DNA from: Gnetum montanum
Taxonomy: Eukaryota; Plantae; Gnetophyta
DNA length: 64,000 nucleotides
Direction of reading: 5' to 3'
NCBI GenBank assembly: GCA_015680685.1
Contig: MNCI01002112.1
Coordinates: 1 to 64,000, forward strand
Shown here: positions 14,701 to 29,600 of the stretch, piece after piece
Layout: each line of letters opens with the position of its first letter
Position numbering within the stretch: the first letter of the stretch is position 1
Notes under the pieces: generated by a model
The model's database searches: none
What the model was told of the DNA's origin: nothing
The model's input: only the letters and a program-made list of their open reading frames with translations
Translations under genes and position numbers: made by a program

Positions 14701-16860
14701 CATGCTTGTTGTAACTACAGATGTAATTCCAATTGTTTATGTGATAGGCTTAGTGCAATCTATTATTGAAGTAGGAAAGGCATGAAACATGTTAGGTGCA
14801 ATGGTTAAGGCTAGTGTAGCTAATGTGTTGACAATGGCGTTCTCATTGTAGGGGATGTGCTAGATATCTATGGTTGCAAATCATTTAAGCATGTACTTTG
14901 CCAAGTCATAATAAGGTTGTAATTATTGTGCTTTACAAGCATAAACTTTTGTGACTTGGTTAATGACTAACTACGAATCACCTTAAATTATTCCTAGGTC
15001 ATGGGCTACTAAGATGCCTCTAAGGAGACCTTTGTACTTTGCTATGTTGTTGTGCAAGGAAATGCAAAGTGATAAGTGAAGGATCAGATCTTTCCAAAGG
15101 GAAATGTGATAATGGTAGTGGTACCTCCTTGAGAGATTGAAGCATCATCAAAGTGCAAGATTGCCTCAAATCTCGTAGGGACTTAGTGTATGCTACTAAC
15201 ATGTTCATCCAAAAATTCTAGATCTATCATTGCTTGATCATTTATTGGCAAATTTGTGAGTTGTGTGACTATTTATTGACCTTTGGTTGATTCTTATGCT
15301 ATATAGTGTAGGTGAAACTCCATGGTTATTACTTTCCACCATGCAATCTGACTACTTTTGTAAATGTTTGTGGTGATTGCCTAGAGTACATTGCTCTTGC
15401 AGATGATGTTTACCTAGTTGTAGAAAAGATAATGTCTCTACTTATTAAGCATAAAGACTAAGTCAAGGAAGTTATTCTCCACATCATTGTATTTTGCTTC
15501 ATGGACCACTAACACATGGCTTAGGTAGCATATAGGGACCTTTGAGCCATCGTCTCATTTTTGGAAAAGTAGAGAAGTGATGGATGTGTCAAAGGTTGCA
15601 AGCTAGATGTAAAATGGTTTATCTCCTTGTGGAGAATAGATTGTTGGAAGTTGACCAAGGTTCCATTTAAGGTTGTCAAATGCCTCTTGGCATTGAGCTA
15701 ACCGCTCAAAGTGAACTCTTTTTTTGAGCAGATTTTGCATGGACTACAACTTATCAATTAACTATGCAATAAACCTACAAATAAATTGCAATCTACCTTG
15801 TAACCCCCATAGCTCCTTAAGGTTATTCGATGATGCTAAGTTGATGATGGCTTTAACCTTATTAGGGTCTACATATATGCTTGCTTCTAATACTACAAAA
15901 CCTAGCATGTGATCTATTTTAACACCAAAGATACACTTCTTGGGATTCAACCTACGGTCATGTCTTAGGCAACATTTGAGTACACGATCTAAGTCATTTG
16001 CATGGTTATGTGCTATTTTGGACTTAACTACTATGTTTGTCAATATATTCATTAAGAAAATCTAACAAATAATCACTAAAGATATATGTCATAGTGCATT
16101 AATAGTTTTCTCTTGCATTATTTAGTCTAAAAGGAATCATTGTGTAACAAAATGTACCCTAAGGGGTCATGAAGGTTGTATTGAGCTGGAGCTCTAGGTT
16201 GATCTAAATTTGGTTGTTATTAGAGAACCCATTCATAAAGGACAACAAGGCATGACTAGCTATAGTATTGACTAGTTGGTCAGTCCTAGGCAATGGGAAG
16301 AAATATTTAATGGTTGCCTTGTTTAGGTCGTGGAATTCTATGCAAATGCATATGCTTCCATTTTTCTTAGGTACAACCATAATGTTGGAGACCTAGCTTG
16401 CATAGTCAATGGACCAGATGAAACTAGCTTTATAAAGCTTGGTGATTTCATCATAGATTGCCAATTCCATCTTAGGCCTAACCTTGCAAAATTTCAACTT
16501 AACTGGTTTTACACGAGGATTGAGGATTACATTATGCTACACTATGTGAGGATCTAAGCCTAGCATGTCTTTGCAAGACCATGAAAATGCCTTGATGTTG
16601 TCATTGAGTGTTTTTGTAATGTTTTGGATATGTTGAGACTTTAAAAAAGAACTAAGCTTAAATGTTTTTTCCTTGTCACTAAGTGTTGTTATAGGGACTT
16701 CAATGAGGGGATCCTCAGTGATGTCACCTACCTCTAAATCTAGAGCTTTAACTACATGGTTTGGCCAATGTAGTAATGTCTCTATGGATGTTATTTGTTT
16801 ATCATGGGCCCTAGGCTCAAGATCTAGGCATTCGGTATCAATGTATCACGTGAGGTCACC
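11770..16860 (-). pseudogene. pol: Degenerate pol of copy A, interrupted by a solo LTR
   Basis: ORF 15762-16052 (LNPKKCIFGV...LQGRLQFICRFI) and collinear homology to copy D pol. Confidence 0.9.
12295..13989 (+). mobile_element. Solo LTR (1695 bp) inserted in the integrase of copy A
   Basis: TGAAAC...CACTACA flanked by TSD TTAGC (12290-12294 and 13990-13994); TATAAATA ~13253; integrase PYY..NG|.VEATNK continues across it. Confidence 0.93.
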
Positions 16861-17576
16861 ATGAGGCCTAGTAAGGACCTGAGGTGAATGAAGATGCTTG
16901 CACATGCTCATGACACAATCTTGCCAATTATCTTACAAAATAACTAAAAGGAATGTCAAGCTAAACCTATCTTAGATTAAGTCAAAATGCATAAAGTAAG
17001 GAAAGCAATGAAATGAAAATTTGCCTACGTGTGCAAATGTGAAGCTATGGAAGTAAGGATGTAGGCTAGTTTCAAGTCTTGGCATGCCATGGGATGCTAG
17101 TTTAAGGTCATAGTAGACCATGGTTTGCTAGTTTAAGGTCATAGTAGACCATGTTTTGTGAAAACTACATAGGTTTAGGTAAGGTTGGGTGTGCTTGAAA
17201 TGTGAAACTAGGCTAGGAGTTTTTTGGGCAATCATAAAAATTTAGAAAATTTTCAATGTCTAGGGATCACCAGAAAAAGTTTAGAAAATTTTCTAACTCT
17301 GGTTACTATGCTTACCCCTTGCTATGCTCTATGCCTTGCTATGCTTAAGAAAAACTTGGAAAATTTTCCTAAGCATGGGATGTTGTCTTGGTAAGTAAGA
17401 CATTTAATTACCTTGGAAGGATATATTTGTGCATTTCACTAAGGTCAAACTATCATTTTCCATAGTGAAAATAAGAAGTTTATAGATCATAGCATAGTTG
17501 GAGAAAGGAGTGAAGCCAGAGTGTAGAAATTAGAGTGTGACATCTAGAGCATAACATCTAGAGAGTGATAGCTAGC

Positions 17577-20500
17577 ATGACATGCCAAAATGAACATTAG
17601 TATCCTGAGCTTGTCAACATGGATGAGGAAGAGTGAGCACTACAATGTCTACCCTAGGCATGTGTGGATGAATAGAGAGAGCCACCATTTGCTAGGTATC
17701 CCACTATGCTCTACCCCTGTGCAATTATTACCTTATTTTTCTTTTCTTGTGTTACATTGCATTGGGGTTTTGGAATTTGGTGTAGCCTACCTTGGTAGAG
17801 ACTCTCACTACCATGGCTGCTAGGGCCATCATGGATAAAAAGAAGGGGGGGGGGGGGGGGNTTCTCTTTTTTTCTCTTTTTGGCATGCACTATGTAATCA
17901 TGGATGATTAGTTTCATGGTTGCATGGGGTAAGGGTTTTGTTCTTGGCATTGTGTGGGGCATGGGAGAATTAGAAAACATGAGGGATTTTTTTTAGCTAC
18001 AGCCAAGGCTAGGGAGAAAAGGAAAAAAATGAGGGCTTTGTGGCTATAGCCAAGGTGACCATGGCTTGAGCATAGAGGTTCATGGGATACCCTTGTCCCT
18101 CCTCTCCTTTTTTCTTAGTGTGCATGGGGTAGAGAAATTGGGGTTTGGTAGTGGCCCTAGGGCCAATGAAAGGGAGAAAAGAAAGGGGACCATGGGGCAC
18201 ATGGCACTAGGTGGATGATATTTTTTGCATTTTTGGGCCTAAGGATAAGGAAAAATGAATAGCTAGATATGGCAACGGTGATCATGGTAGGAAGGGAAGG
18301 GTAGGGAGAAAAGGTTGTGATGGATTGCAGCCATGGGAAGTGTCTTAGCTTGTAGTGGTAGAGCATAATAAGGCTGTGTGGCACTGTGAATGGGGAAAGC
18401 TACCTCGAGTGAAGGTACAAAGTGGTAGTGTGAGTGGTAGTTAGTTTTTTTTTGTATTTTTCTAGATGCTTTGGGGCTATGCTCCCAACCATTAGAATTT
18501 GTTTTGAAATTTTTTGTCATTTCGGGGCTATGCTCCCTAGGAAGCATAGCTAGAAGTTAGAAAAAATGATGATTTTTGGGGCTACACTCCTTGGAGAGTG
18601 TAGCTAATAGTTAGAATTTTTTGTCATTTTTCTTGGGTTATGCTCCTGGAGAGGGGTAACCTAAAGTTAGAAAAAATTCAAGGATTTTTCCAAATGCAGT
18701 AATAAAATGCCAAATGTGAAAAAATGCTAAGTATAAGAATGCAAAGTGCTAGAATGTTACCTATGAAACAAAATGTGACATGTAAGCCAAAATGCTAAAC
18801 TTGCAAACCAAACATGTCAAACTACCAAAATATGCAAATGAAGATAATGCATCATATGCGAATGTAACGTGAAATGCTAATGCTATGTTAGTGCTATACA
18901 CTAGTGAGCACCAGGTATATCAAATGTATATATCGATGTCCTATGCTCATGAGCCTAGAGTAAGGTCCTAAGGACATATGTTTTTGCTAAGTTATGCTAT
19001 CCTATGCTAACCTCGCTAATTTTTCTAAGTGTACTGCAATGTAATTTTGTTCATCTGATGGATACTAATGACTTTTCATTTTGTTACTTTTGTAGTTGCA
19101 GGGTATTGTTGAAGGAAATCCTCATTATGGTGGAGCTTATTGGCATGTTCTAGTGCATGAGTGAGCTCGTACCAAACATGTCCACACCAAACATGTAGTT
19201 GGGTGATTAGGCAGTATGGTTCCAGCTAGGAACATACAAGTTCCTAGAATTCTTACTCTAACACTTTAGTGTGATAATGTGGTCACACTTAGTGGTGGAA
19301 GCTGGTAGTGTCATCATGGAGACATTGCTACCTAGAGAAAATTGAGGCATTATGAGGTTCATGTTCGATGAGCCCACTACTAGTGATGGCAGAGAAGGAG
19401 GTTTAGGCCAAGGCCCTAGGGATGTTAGGCCTTTGTCCAAAATCTAGTATATGCTAGAGTTCAATTGCTATAGCAAGAGAAACACTCTCTTTATTACTTA
19501 GTGTGTACATACCCTATTCTAGAACCACTTGGAATAGTGTACTATGTAGGAGGGTAAGTGTTCTTATGATTTTGCATTATTCATTTGGCTATTAGCTCAT
19601 ATGAAGGTGGTAATTTCTCACGTTCATTGCCAAGTTTAGCATTGGTGAGCATGGCCTACAAGATGATGAGGGGCCACTAAACCTAACCCACATTACCTTA
19701 TAGGAATTTTCAACCTACAAGAATGTTTGTGTAGGGGTGATTGGGCAAATTGGGTCTAACTTGGTGGAGTAACCTTATTAGTATTCAAAGGCCTAAAAGA
19801 GGTGTCAAAGCCATGATTGGTTGGATATGGAGTAAGTGGATGATGTACCTAGCATTGAAGAGGAATAGGCACCACCACCACCATTGTGCACACCTTTTGT
19901 TCCATGTAAGAATTTTATTACTTTTACTCTCATGTGTTTGCTACTTTGCCTTTTTGCATGATGCTAACTATTTTTCTTTAACCACATTACAGCTATAGTC
20001 ACTTTGGGAGAGGTCATAGTGGTAGGTACAGGTTGCACTGAGGCCACCCTCATTATGAAGTATGGGGATGATGAGGGTGTGTAGCATTGGTTGTGCCATG
20101 AGGCCTCAGTGGAGTTGACCTGTAGGCTCACATGGACTAGGCTAATGAACCTTTTCTTAGCCCTTAGCCTAAGCATCTGGGTGGCTAAAATGGTTTCCAT
20201 TATTGATTCCTTTAGTGACAATGCTCATCACTTTGTCACATGGGTACATGATGTGAGGGTGGTCTTGGACCTCATAGATGACTTCTTTGAGGGCCTATTT
20301 GGCCTTCCCTTTAATGACCCATTGGTCATTGATAAGACCAACATAAAGGTGGACAACAAAGGTAATATTGAGGGGTGGCTATGTACTTCCTGATCTCGCA
20401 AAGGCATACTTGTAAACAATGTGCAGGTGCCTGTGGTTCATGAACTTTATCCTCTCTTCCATGCTTATGCATTTCCAAAGCTACTCTCCCAAGGAAAAAT

Positions 20501-22746
20501 CCTTGGGGTGGAGTAGGCTCAAGTTATGAGGGACATGCTAGAGAAGGGTACCAAGTACAATTGGGCCTCTCACCTTGTCAATAGCTTGCATGTTGAGATC
20601 ATCAAGCTTCACCACAACCTCCAAGTAAGGTCACATATGCAGTTTGCATTCTTCATAAGATACTTGTGAAGGTGTGTAGAGTTTTTGGTGGTTTGCAAGG
20701 ATAGACAATGGATGATTCAAGATCACACATAGCTTTCAAATCCATGAATCAAGCACGTGTTTGCTACCATGTGAGTGCAGGACCCCCCAGAGACAATTGG
20801 TGAGTCATGTTTCATAACAAATAAAGGTCCGTTAGGGTGATCTCACTACTCATATGATAGTGTAGGTGAGCCTCTTATAGCTAGTATTGGGAACATGGCT
20901 AAGGTAGATTGTTACATTGCAAAGATGGTGGGACTATCTAAAATAAAGATTAAGAGGTCCCATCCCATAGAGGAGCCTTTAAGGGAGGTTGAAAGGATGG
21001 GCAGTAAGAAGATCCACCTCAAGTTTCAAGATTTGCACATAGATGTCGTAGGTTAGTACAAGTTTTAGGATGAAATTTTTGTACTTTATGTGTCTATATT
21101 TTTATGTTTTATGCTTTTCTATATTATGCTAAGTTGTTATGGCAAGTGCTAACATGCTAACTTTGAAATGTATGTAAATTATTAAAATTAGGTAAGAGGG
21201 CTATTAGAGCAATAGTAGAAGTAGTAGCAGAGGAGGTCCCTCCTCAAACTGAGGAGGGAGAAACATAGAAGAAGAATTTTTGCAAGGCTACAGATGTGCT
21301 TCAATAGTTAGGGAAGGAGGGACTACTTCACCCCAACGGGGGTGATTTTGATAGCCTCTTTGATGTTGTGCAACTAGGTGATCCCCTTGTTCTCACACCT
21401 AAGTATTTGCTAGGTATGTGCTCTACATTGCCATTTGTTATTGATCTCTTTCTACTCTTGCATCTTTGGCTATTTAACTATTGCTAAATGTGTTATTACA
21501 TTACAGCCATAGAGGTACCTACCAGTGGTCTAGTGTTCTTTTCTACATAATGCATGAAGCCATGGGTAGAGTGCCCAACAAGTTCACCTTCATGGAAGGT
21601 ATAGTTGAGGACATGATGGATCACCTATAATAGGTGGATCCCAAGTTTGGTATGCTTGTGATGTTTCTTTTTTTATCTTCCTTTTTTGATTTGATGCTTG
21701 GTTTATGGCTAATGCTGTTTTACTTTTTGTATGCTAATAGGTTCTAAGCTTCACTGGGATCCAAGTAGGGTGGCTAGGGTGGATGTCATTCCCAAGTTTT
21801 CTCTTGAGGTGGATCAAGTGCTTCACTGAATGTATGATGTGGTGAGTAAGTACACACTTTCAAGTGCAAAAGAATTATGGGTTTGTAGGTGCACTAACAA
21901 GTACCTATGGAAGTAGATACATGAGCTCCAGGTTAGGATAGTAAGCCAAGATGCCAAGATGAGGCACTTGTAGTCTTGTTATGACTTCCTTGTAGCTCAC
22001 ACATGAGGGAAAAATACTTGATGGATAGCTGAGATTGACTATGCTAGGTACTGGTCAGCAATATAGGGTAAGAACAAGGCCACCAGAGAGATCAGGAAGC
22101 AGAGGTTGTAGATGGACTTGCTTACTTGAAAAAATCAAGATTGGAAAGATTACAACACAAAGGTGTATTAGTGGGGTAGACTTAAAATAACTACAAGCAC
22201 AACTACAAGAATGAGTGAGATGAATACCTTAAATGGTACAAGGAAATGTCCATCAAATAGCATTGTCATGATATGTTCCTCAAGGCAATTGATGGGAGAT
22301 AGGCTTATGAGTTATTCGCTTGTCACGTAGTGGTAAGTGGATCTCTAGAGAGGTAGATTGCTATGCCCTCAAGGAAGGTTTCCTTGGCTACATTTTCTAT
22401 GAAGCTACCTACATGGATTACTATGAACAAAGGCAAGATCCTTGTAGTTATTGATTTTGGCCAAGAGGACTAGTCACGGCTATCAGAGGCCAAAATTCTC
22501 CAATGCTTGGAAGAGGGCCTTGATAGATTACCTCTAGAGATGGATGTAGAATCCTCTTAGGTTAGTTGTTTTTTTGTTCTTTTATGTTATTTTTGCATGT
22601 TATGCATTTGTTGACTAGTTTACTATTTTGCATTACTTCAAGTAGGCACTAGGTGATTTTGCAGGTTGTAGAGGAGTGTCAGAGGAAGAGGAAGAGGAAG
22701 AGGAGCCTCAACCCCCACCAAACACCATCGATTGAGCAGTCTTAAT
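17577..22746 (+). pseudogene. Accessory multi-exon gene of copy A (antisense to the element), heavily degenerate
   Basis: Exon 1 17577-17695 (119 nt, GT donor), exon 2 19102-19553 (ILIMVELIG...WFQLGTYKFLEFLL..FSVIMWS...NTLF), exon 4 ORF 20091-20393, later exons collinear with D; distal coordinates approximate. Confidence 0.82.
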
Positions 22747-22949
22747 GTAGCCCTACTGTTGGAAATTTTACATTGCTAGCCATTTTTTCTATATAGTCAT
22801 GCCATGTATTTTTTTAATGGGTTAATGAAAATGGATTAATAATAAGCTATCTTTTCTATGTGGATTGCATATTATGTAAATTTTTGCACTTATATTGCTA
22901 AGTATTGCATACTAGTAATGTGGTTAATTAGTGTAAGTAGGCCCTTTTT

Positions 22950-23290
22950 GAGCCTCATGCCAATTTAAGGCTATGGTAGGAGGGCTATTGCATAGTTTAA
23001 GGCCATTTTTGGGCCATGAATATTGCTAGTTTAAGGCCATTTTAGGCTACAAATATTACTAGTCTAAGGCCTTTCCAAGCCACAAATAAAAAGACAAGGT
23101 GTTTCCAATTTTAGGCCATGGTGGGTTACGACAATAGTTTTAGGCCATTCTAGGCTAATAGGATGAAAGAAAAGGAATTCCTAGTTTTAGGTCATAGCAA
23201 GCTATATGCTAGTTTAAGGCCTTTTTGGGCCATGGTGATTCAAGAAAGGTGGCTAGTTTTAGGTAATGGCAAGCCATATGTATTTTTTGC
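22950..23290 (-). repeat. Tandem array at the PR-proximal end of the spacer in copy A
   Basis: TAGTTTAAGGCCAT units; equivalents at 42230-42335 (D) and 63940-64000 (C). Confidence 0.78.
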
Positions 23291-23379
23291 AATTTTCAAT
23301 TTTGTAATTTTTATGTATTTTATCATTTTTCAATGCGTAAGAAAACTAAATGAAAATGCATAGGTAAAAGGGATGAATG

Positions 23380-24710
23380 TGTAACAAACTGCGAAGTGTC
23401 AGGTGCTCAACTGCGAGAATGCTAATGATGCTTAGAAAGTCAAAATGCTCAATGCTCTTTTGATATGCCAACCCCTACAATGCTGAATGTTGGGGTATTT
23501 ATATTGCTAGGGTTATCATGAAATGTGGATTAGGCAACATGTGGTACAAGATGCGTATCGGGCTCCATGTGGCATGAGGGTAGATGATGCTACCCTGACC
23601 ATTGCAATGCTCCCATGGGAGTAGCAAAGTGTTATTCTCTACAGTACTGCAATGAGTCCCCATAGACTACTAAACTGGAATGTATTTTTAAATAATGCAA
23701 AATAGTATAGCTTAAAGGCTACACTCTGGGACTACATCTTCCCCTCTTTTGAGTAGGATTAAGTGTAGGAACAATTTTGGGAATCAATGGGGGTGCAACA
23801 TAGATGCAACTTACTGATCTCGCTTATTGGAGAAATGTTGAAGTTGACATGAAGGCTAATGCTGAGTTCTAGAGGCTTTTGGAGGCTATTAGAGGCTTTT
23901 CTTTAGTGTCAAGCTGGCTACACTCTAGAGTGTAACACAACACTTAGTCAAATTTTGCAAAATTTTGATTCAACACTAGCTATGCTGGCTACACTTTTGA
24001 GCATAGCAAGGATACTTAGCAAACATTTGGTAGAAATATGTAGTTTTGTTTCATGGTATGTTGGGTATGCTTTGGGGCATAGCAAGAGAGGTAGCCTTAG
24101 GAATTAGAAAATTTACCAAATGTCCCTTTCATGTTTATCTAGCTTGACAAATTCTTGCCTGAAACTTAGGTAAAACTGGATACTAAAAAAATGTGCTATG
24201 CTAGATATGATAGGGAGTATAGTATAGTGTAGCAACCCCAAAAAGAGGGAAAATTTTCCAACCTATTTTTTCCATCCTAAGTAATCCTAGTAGCCTTTGG
24301 CTTAGCACTTGGGTGAACTGAACACTTCAACATGTGCTACACTGGCTATGCTAGGGAGCATAGCAAGTGTGACAACCTAGGAGAGAAAATTTGCCAAACT
24401 ATTTTGTTCATCCCAAGCAACCCTGATAACTTTTGGCTTGAAACTTGGGGAAACTAGCCATGGAAGTGTATGCTACACTAGCTACACTGGGGGGAATAGT
24501 AGGTAGAATGAGAATGTAGTAGCACACTTGGAGAAACTTTCATGCCACTACTATTGACACTTCAAAAAGTTTTGCAAAATAGGCCTTAATGCATGCTACG
24601 TTGGCTATGCTAGGTAGTGTAGCACCAACACTTAGAAAAAAAATGCCAAGTTTTGACAGTTAGACAAATTTGTCAATGAAGTGCTAAAGCCTAAAATTAG
24701 TGGTGTTTCA
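23380..24710 (-). repeat. 3' LTR of copy B
   Basis: Reverse complement begins TGAAACACCA next to the PPT and ends TTTGTTACA. Confidence 0.78.
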
Positions 24711-26254
24711 TTGGCCCCTCTTTGTTGACATTTGGAGTGGCCCAAGAGACATTGATAAAGAATACAAAACACCATGGAAAACATGACACCAAAATTGCTC
24801 ATTAGTGCTCAATCAAAAAACATTTCACCATGTTTAGGAGTGTTAAGGTAATAAAGTATAGTAGGGAATAGGTTAAGAAGAAAAACCAAGGGATAATAAG
24901 TGGGAAGGATGCTCATTGTGCATGCAGCTATAGGATGTAGCACCATGATGGCTTGTTGCCAAAGTGGGATGCCTCGTCAAAGTACCTGTGAGGGAGTTAG
25001 CATGCAAAGATGGCCTTCTCCTAGGATTTTGACCTCTCAGCAAAGTGCTTGTGAGATGGTCGATCCAAGGTTGGATTTGTTGCAGAAAGGAAACTTTGCT
25101 ATTTTTACATGGGCACTTATTTTATCCCGTTTTTTTGAAATATTTTCTTCTCTTGTCTCCTCCTTTGGTTTTTGGAACTAGAAGATTTTTGTTGCTAGGT
25201 AGACTATGTGCCACTCAAAAAAATGTTTAGAGGCAACCACATCACATTTGTAGAATAGGTGTTTTCTCCCTAGGATGAGTTGCGTTATATCTACTTGGGC
25301 TTTGACCAGCCCACAAAGGCTCCCCATGGGATGAGTTGCATTATGTTCATCATCAGTTCTATGGTTAATTGAAAGAAGGGTGTCATGTGCATCGGAGAAG
25401 CTTGGAGGAAATGTGGGGAAGTGTAAGGTAGAGGGGGAAATGTGAATAGGCTATAGCAGGATAATAGTGATGTGCACTCTTGAGTAGGTTGGTGAGTCAA
25501 GGTGGATACATTAGAGTAGTGCAGTGACTTTCCACTGAAGTGAAATGCACCTTTGAACAACCATCGTTGAGGCTTCATCCTACAAACACAAGATAGAGAA
25601 AATAAGAAAAAATAATCACACCATGTGAGATGAAGGTGAAATCCTATTTGCAAGAGCACTGCAAGGGCTGCGAGTGTTGTGTTAGTTGTAGGTGCATGTA
25701 GTGTCCAAAGTAGGAAGGCTAGTGTGAGTACCAATGGCAGTAGGCTTTAAAAGCTCTAGCAGCCACACTAGTAGTGAGCACTTAAGTGGCTTGAGGCATT
25801 GGTGATGCAGGTGGTCAAGAGTCCTCACCAAGGAGAGGAGCTAGAAAACCCAATAGATTGGTAGGGGACTAACTTGTTGGATGCTATTCCTAGCCTAGGA
25901 AATGGTGAGGGTTGGAGGATGGTAGTACTATGGCTAGGCCATAGTACCACAGGTTCTCCAGTAGGTGATGTTGATAGTAAGACCTCTGACCAAAATGATT
26001 GGTGGTGGTGGTAGTAGCTTTGGAAGGTCAGCAAGATGCCCAAAAGCTCCAGAAGATTAGTAAGATGCCAAGGGCAGTAATGCTACAAATGTTCTAGAGG
26101 GTTTTTCCTTGAGAACATGAACTTCATTTTGGAAATGCAACACCCCACCCCACCCTACTTGAGAGGTGTGGGCAAGTGATGAAGGATTGGAAGTATTCAT
26201 GCTCGCTTGTGCATAGAACTATGTGTGTTGGACAATGAATGCCAAATTGTGAAG

Positions 26255-26560
26255 CTAGTTTTAGGTCTTGATGGACCACATGCTATGCTAGTTTAAGGTC
26301 CTAGTACACCATGGATCCAGTTTAAGGTCCTGGTAGATTGTGATGTGCTAGTTTATAGTCCTTACAAACTGTTGTGCTAGTTTAACATTGTAGCAGACGA
26401 CGAATTGCTAGTTTAATGTCATGGTAGACTATGTTATCGATGCTAGTTTAATATCATAGCCTAAGGACATTTTGTGCTAGTGTAATGTTATAATAGATGT
26501 TTTGTGCTAGTTTAACATTGTAGCAGATGTTCTATGCTAGTTTAATATCATAGTAGACAT
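26255..26560 (-). repeat. 3' UTR tandem array of copy B
   Basis: TGCTAGTTTAA..GTAGCAGA units. Confidence 0.82.
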
Positions 26561-26609
26561 TTTCTTACCTTGCATTATTATTGTTGTGGAATTGCATTCT
26601 AGGTGTAGT

Positions 26610-29600
26610 ACAACTTCAAGTACGAGTGGTTGATTGGATTAGAAACCCCATTGACATCTAGACTAGCAAGATTGAATGCTCTATTATCATGGGACTTTAT
26701 GACCAAGAAAGGCCCTTCCTAGTTAGTTGAGAATTTATCTGCAACTTTGCAAATGACCTTGAGAACTAGGTCCCCTTTCTTGATTATACATTGATGCTAA
26801 TTGTGTTGATCTTTTTGCCATTGCTTTTCCTAGTACCACTTTATGTGATGAAGTGTTTGCATGCACTCCTCCACTATATAGTCAAGGTCAATGATTCTAA
26901 ACCTATTATTTTGAACCTCATCAATGAAGCTCGAGAGGATCATGCAGAGTGATGGAACCTACAATTCAAGAGGTAACAATGCTTTAGATCCATACACAAG
27001 GCTATATGGCATCTTACTAGTTGTTGTTCTGCATGTCATGTGATAGGTTAATAGTGCATAGACTAGCTATTCATGCCATCATCACTTGGTGTTGCTAAGA
27101 ATTCTCTTTAGAAGGTTGATGATGAATGTTTCATGCTAAGGTGTTCATAGAAGGCTTTAGTTTCTATAGTGCTAAATTGTGGCCCATTATCTGTGACTAT
27201 AGTCATGGATAGATCAAATCAAGTCACTATGTTGTCTAGGATAAATTTGCAAACTTTTTGTGACATTTTCTTCCTAAAGGGAATGGGCTCAACCCACTTG
27301 GTAAAGTACTCAGTTGTAGTTATGATAAGCTATGTCCTGCAAAAGACTTATACGTGATAGGTCCTATGATGTCCAAAACCCAACATTGGAATGACCATGT
27401 GATCTACATAGTATGCAATTTGGTGGGTGGCACATGTACTAAGTTTTCATGTTGCTAAAACACATCACTCATCCTCACCTTGGAAATGTAATTGCACTCC
27501 ATGTAAGGCAATAATAGCCTAACCATATGATTTTTGCTATCATTACCCTAGGTGCTATATGACCTTCACATAGTCCCTCATGAATTTGATCAATGATCAT
27601 TTGCGCTTTAGTACTAATAATGTAGGTTAATAGCATTCCATCATAGGATCTACAAGATAAGGTGCTATCACGTACAAGGACATACTACCATGATCATTTT
27701 TGCACTACAACTTTTCAAGTGGTAGTTAGGTGTTGTAGAGGCTCACCTTGTTAGAGGTACATCTTAATATCATCATGGCACTTTTGGACATGAGTTGTGC
27801 TTGCCATGATTATGGATGCAATTCTTGTTGTTTGAGTAATAGGTTTGACACAATTTGTTATTGAAGCGAGTAATGCAGAAAACATGTTGGGTTCTATGCT
27901 TAAGGCTAAGGTGGCTAATGCATCTACAATGGCATTCTCATTACAGGGAATGTGTTGGACATCTATGGTTGCAAAATATTTGAGAAATTATTTTGCCAAG
28001 TTATAGTAAGGTTGTAAATGTTGTGTCTTGCAAGCATAAACCTCTGTAATTTGGTTGACAACAAGCTACAAACTGCCTTAGATTGTTATGTTTTGAATTC
28101 CTAAATCATGAGTTGCTAAGATACCTCTAAGGAGACCTTCATACTTAGCTATGTTGTTTGTGCAAGGAAATGAAAAGTGAGACATGAAGGGTTGGATCTA
28201 CGTAGAGGGAAATGTGATGATTTCAGTGGCACTACCCCCTTGTGAGGTTGAAGAGTCATTAAAGAGCAAAACTACCTCAACGTTTGTAGGCACTTGGCTT
28301 ATGCTATTGACATGCTCATCTAGGAATTTTGGATCTATTATTACTTGATATTCTATGGGGGAAGCCATGAGTTGTGTGGATATTTCTTGACCCTTTGTGG
28401 ATGCTTATGTTATGTAGTGTAGGTCAAATACAATGGTTATTACCTTCCACCATGCAATTCAACTACTTTCATATATGTTTGAAGTAATCACCCAAAGTAT
28501 GTTGCTTTTGCAGATAATGTTAACTTGACTATAGAAAAGATAATGTCTTCATTTCTTGAGTGTAAATACTAAGCCAAGATAGTTCTTCTTCACATCCTTG
28601 TATTTTGCCTTAAGGGCCACTAGCACATGGATTAAGTAGTAAACAGGGATCTATGAGCCATCATCTCACTTTTGGAAAAGTAAAAAAGCAATGGACGTGT
28701 ATGAGGTTGCAAGGTAAATGTAAAATGGCTTATCTCCTTATGGAGGGTAGACTATTGGAAGTTGAGTCAGCTCTCTTTTGAGGTTGTCAAATGCCTCTTG
28801 GCATTGAGCCATCCATTCAAAAGGGACTTCCTTTTTGAGAAAATGTTGCATGAGCTACAACTTATTAGTCAACCTTGTGATAAACCTTCATATGAATTGT
28901 AATCTACCTTGTAACTCATGTAGCTCCTTAAGGTTTTCCAGTAGTGCTAAGTTGGTGATAGCCTTAACCTTATTGAGGTCTACATGTATGCCTACTTATG
29001 ATACAACAAAGCTCAGCATGTGACCAGTCTTGATGCTGAATATGCACTTCTTGGGGTAAGGTCATGTCTAAGGCAATGTTTGAGGACATGGTTTAAGTCA
29101 TCTACATGGTTGTTAGCTGCCTTGGACTTAACTACTATATCATTGATGTAGTCATTGAGCAAGTCTAGTAGATAATCACTAAAGATATATGTCATTGCAT
29201 GTTGGTAGATTGCTCCTATATTCTTTAGTCCAAAAGGCATCGTTGTATAATAAAACATACCCCAAGGAGTTATGAAGGTGGTGTTGAGCTAGTGCTCTAG
29301 GTTGATCTAAATTTGGATGTACCCTGAGAACCTATCCGTAAAGGACAATAAGGCATGACCAATCATAGTATTGATGATTTGGTCAATATTAGGCAATGGA
29401 AATTCATCTTTGATGGTTGCCTTGTTCAAGTCCCTAAAGTCTATGCAAATGTGTATACTTCCATTTTTCTTACGAACAACTATGATGTTTAAAACCCACT
29501 CTACATAGTCAACTGCCTAGATGAAACTAGCTTTGTAAATCTTAGTGATTTCATCACGAACTACCAACACCACCTTAGGTTTGACCTTGTGAGCTTTCTA

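Larger units (their letters stand above)
10305..23379 (-). mobile_element. Partial Tat/Ogre-like element (copy A): 3' UTR, pol, spacer with accessory gene; both LTRs outside or displaced
   Basis: Minus-strand INT/aRH/RH/RT remnants 11770-16860; accessory gene 17577-22746; family repeats 11260-11710 and 22950-23290. Confidence 0.88.
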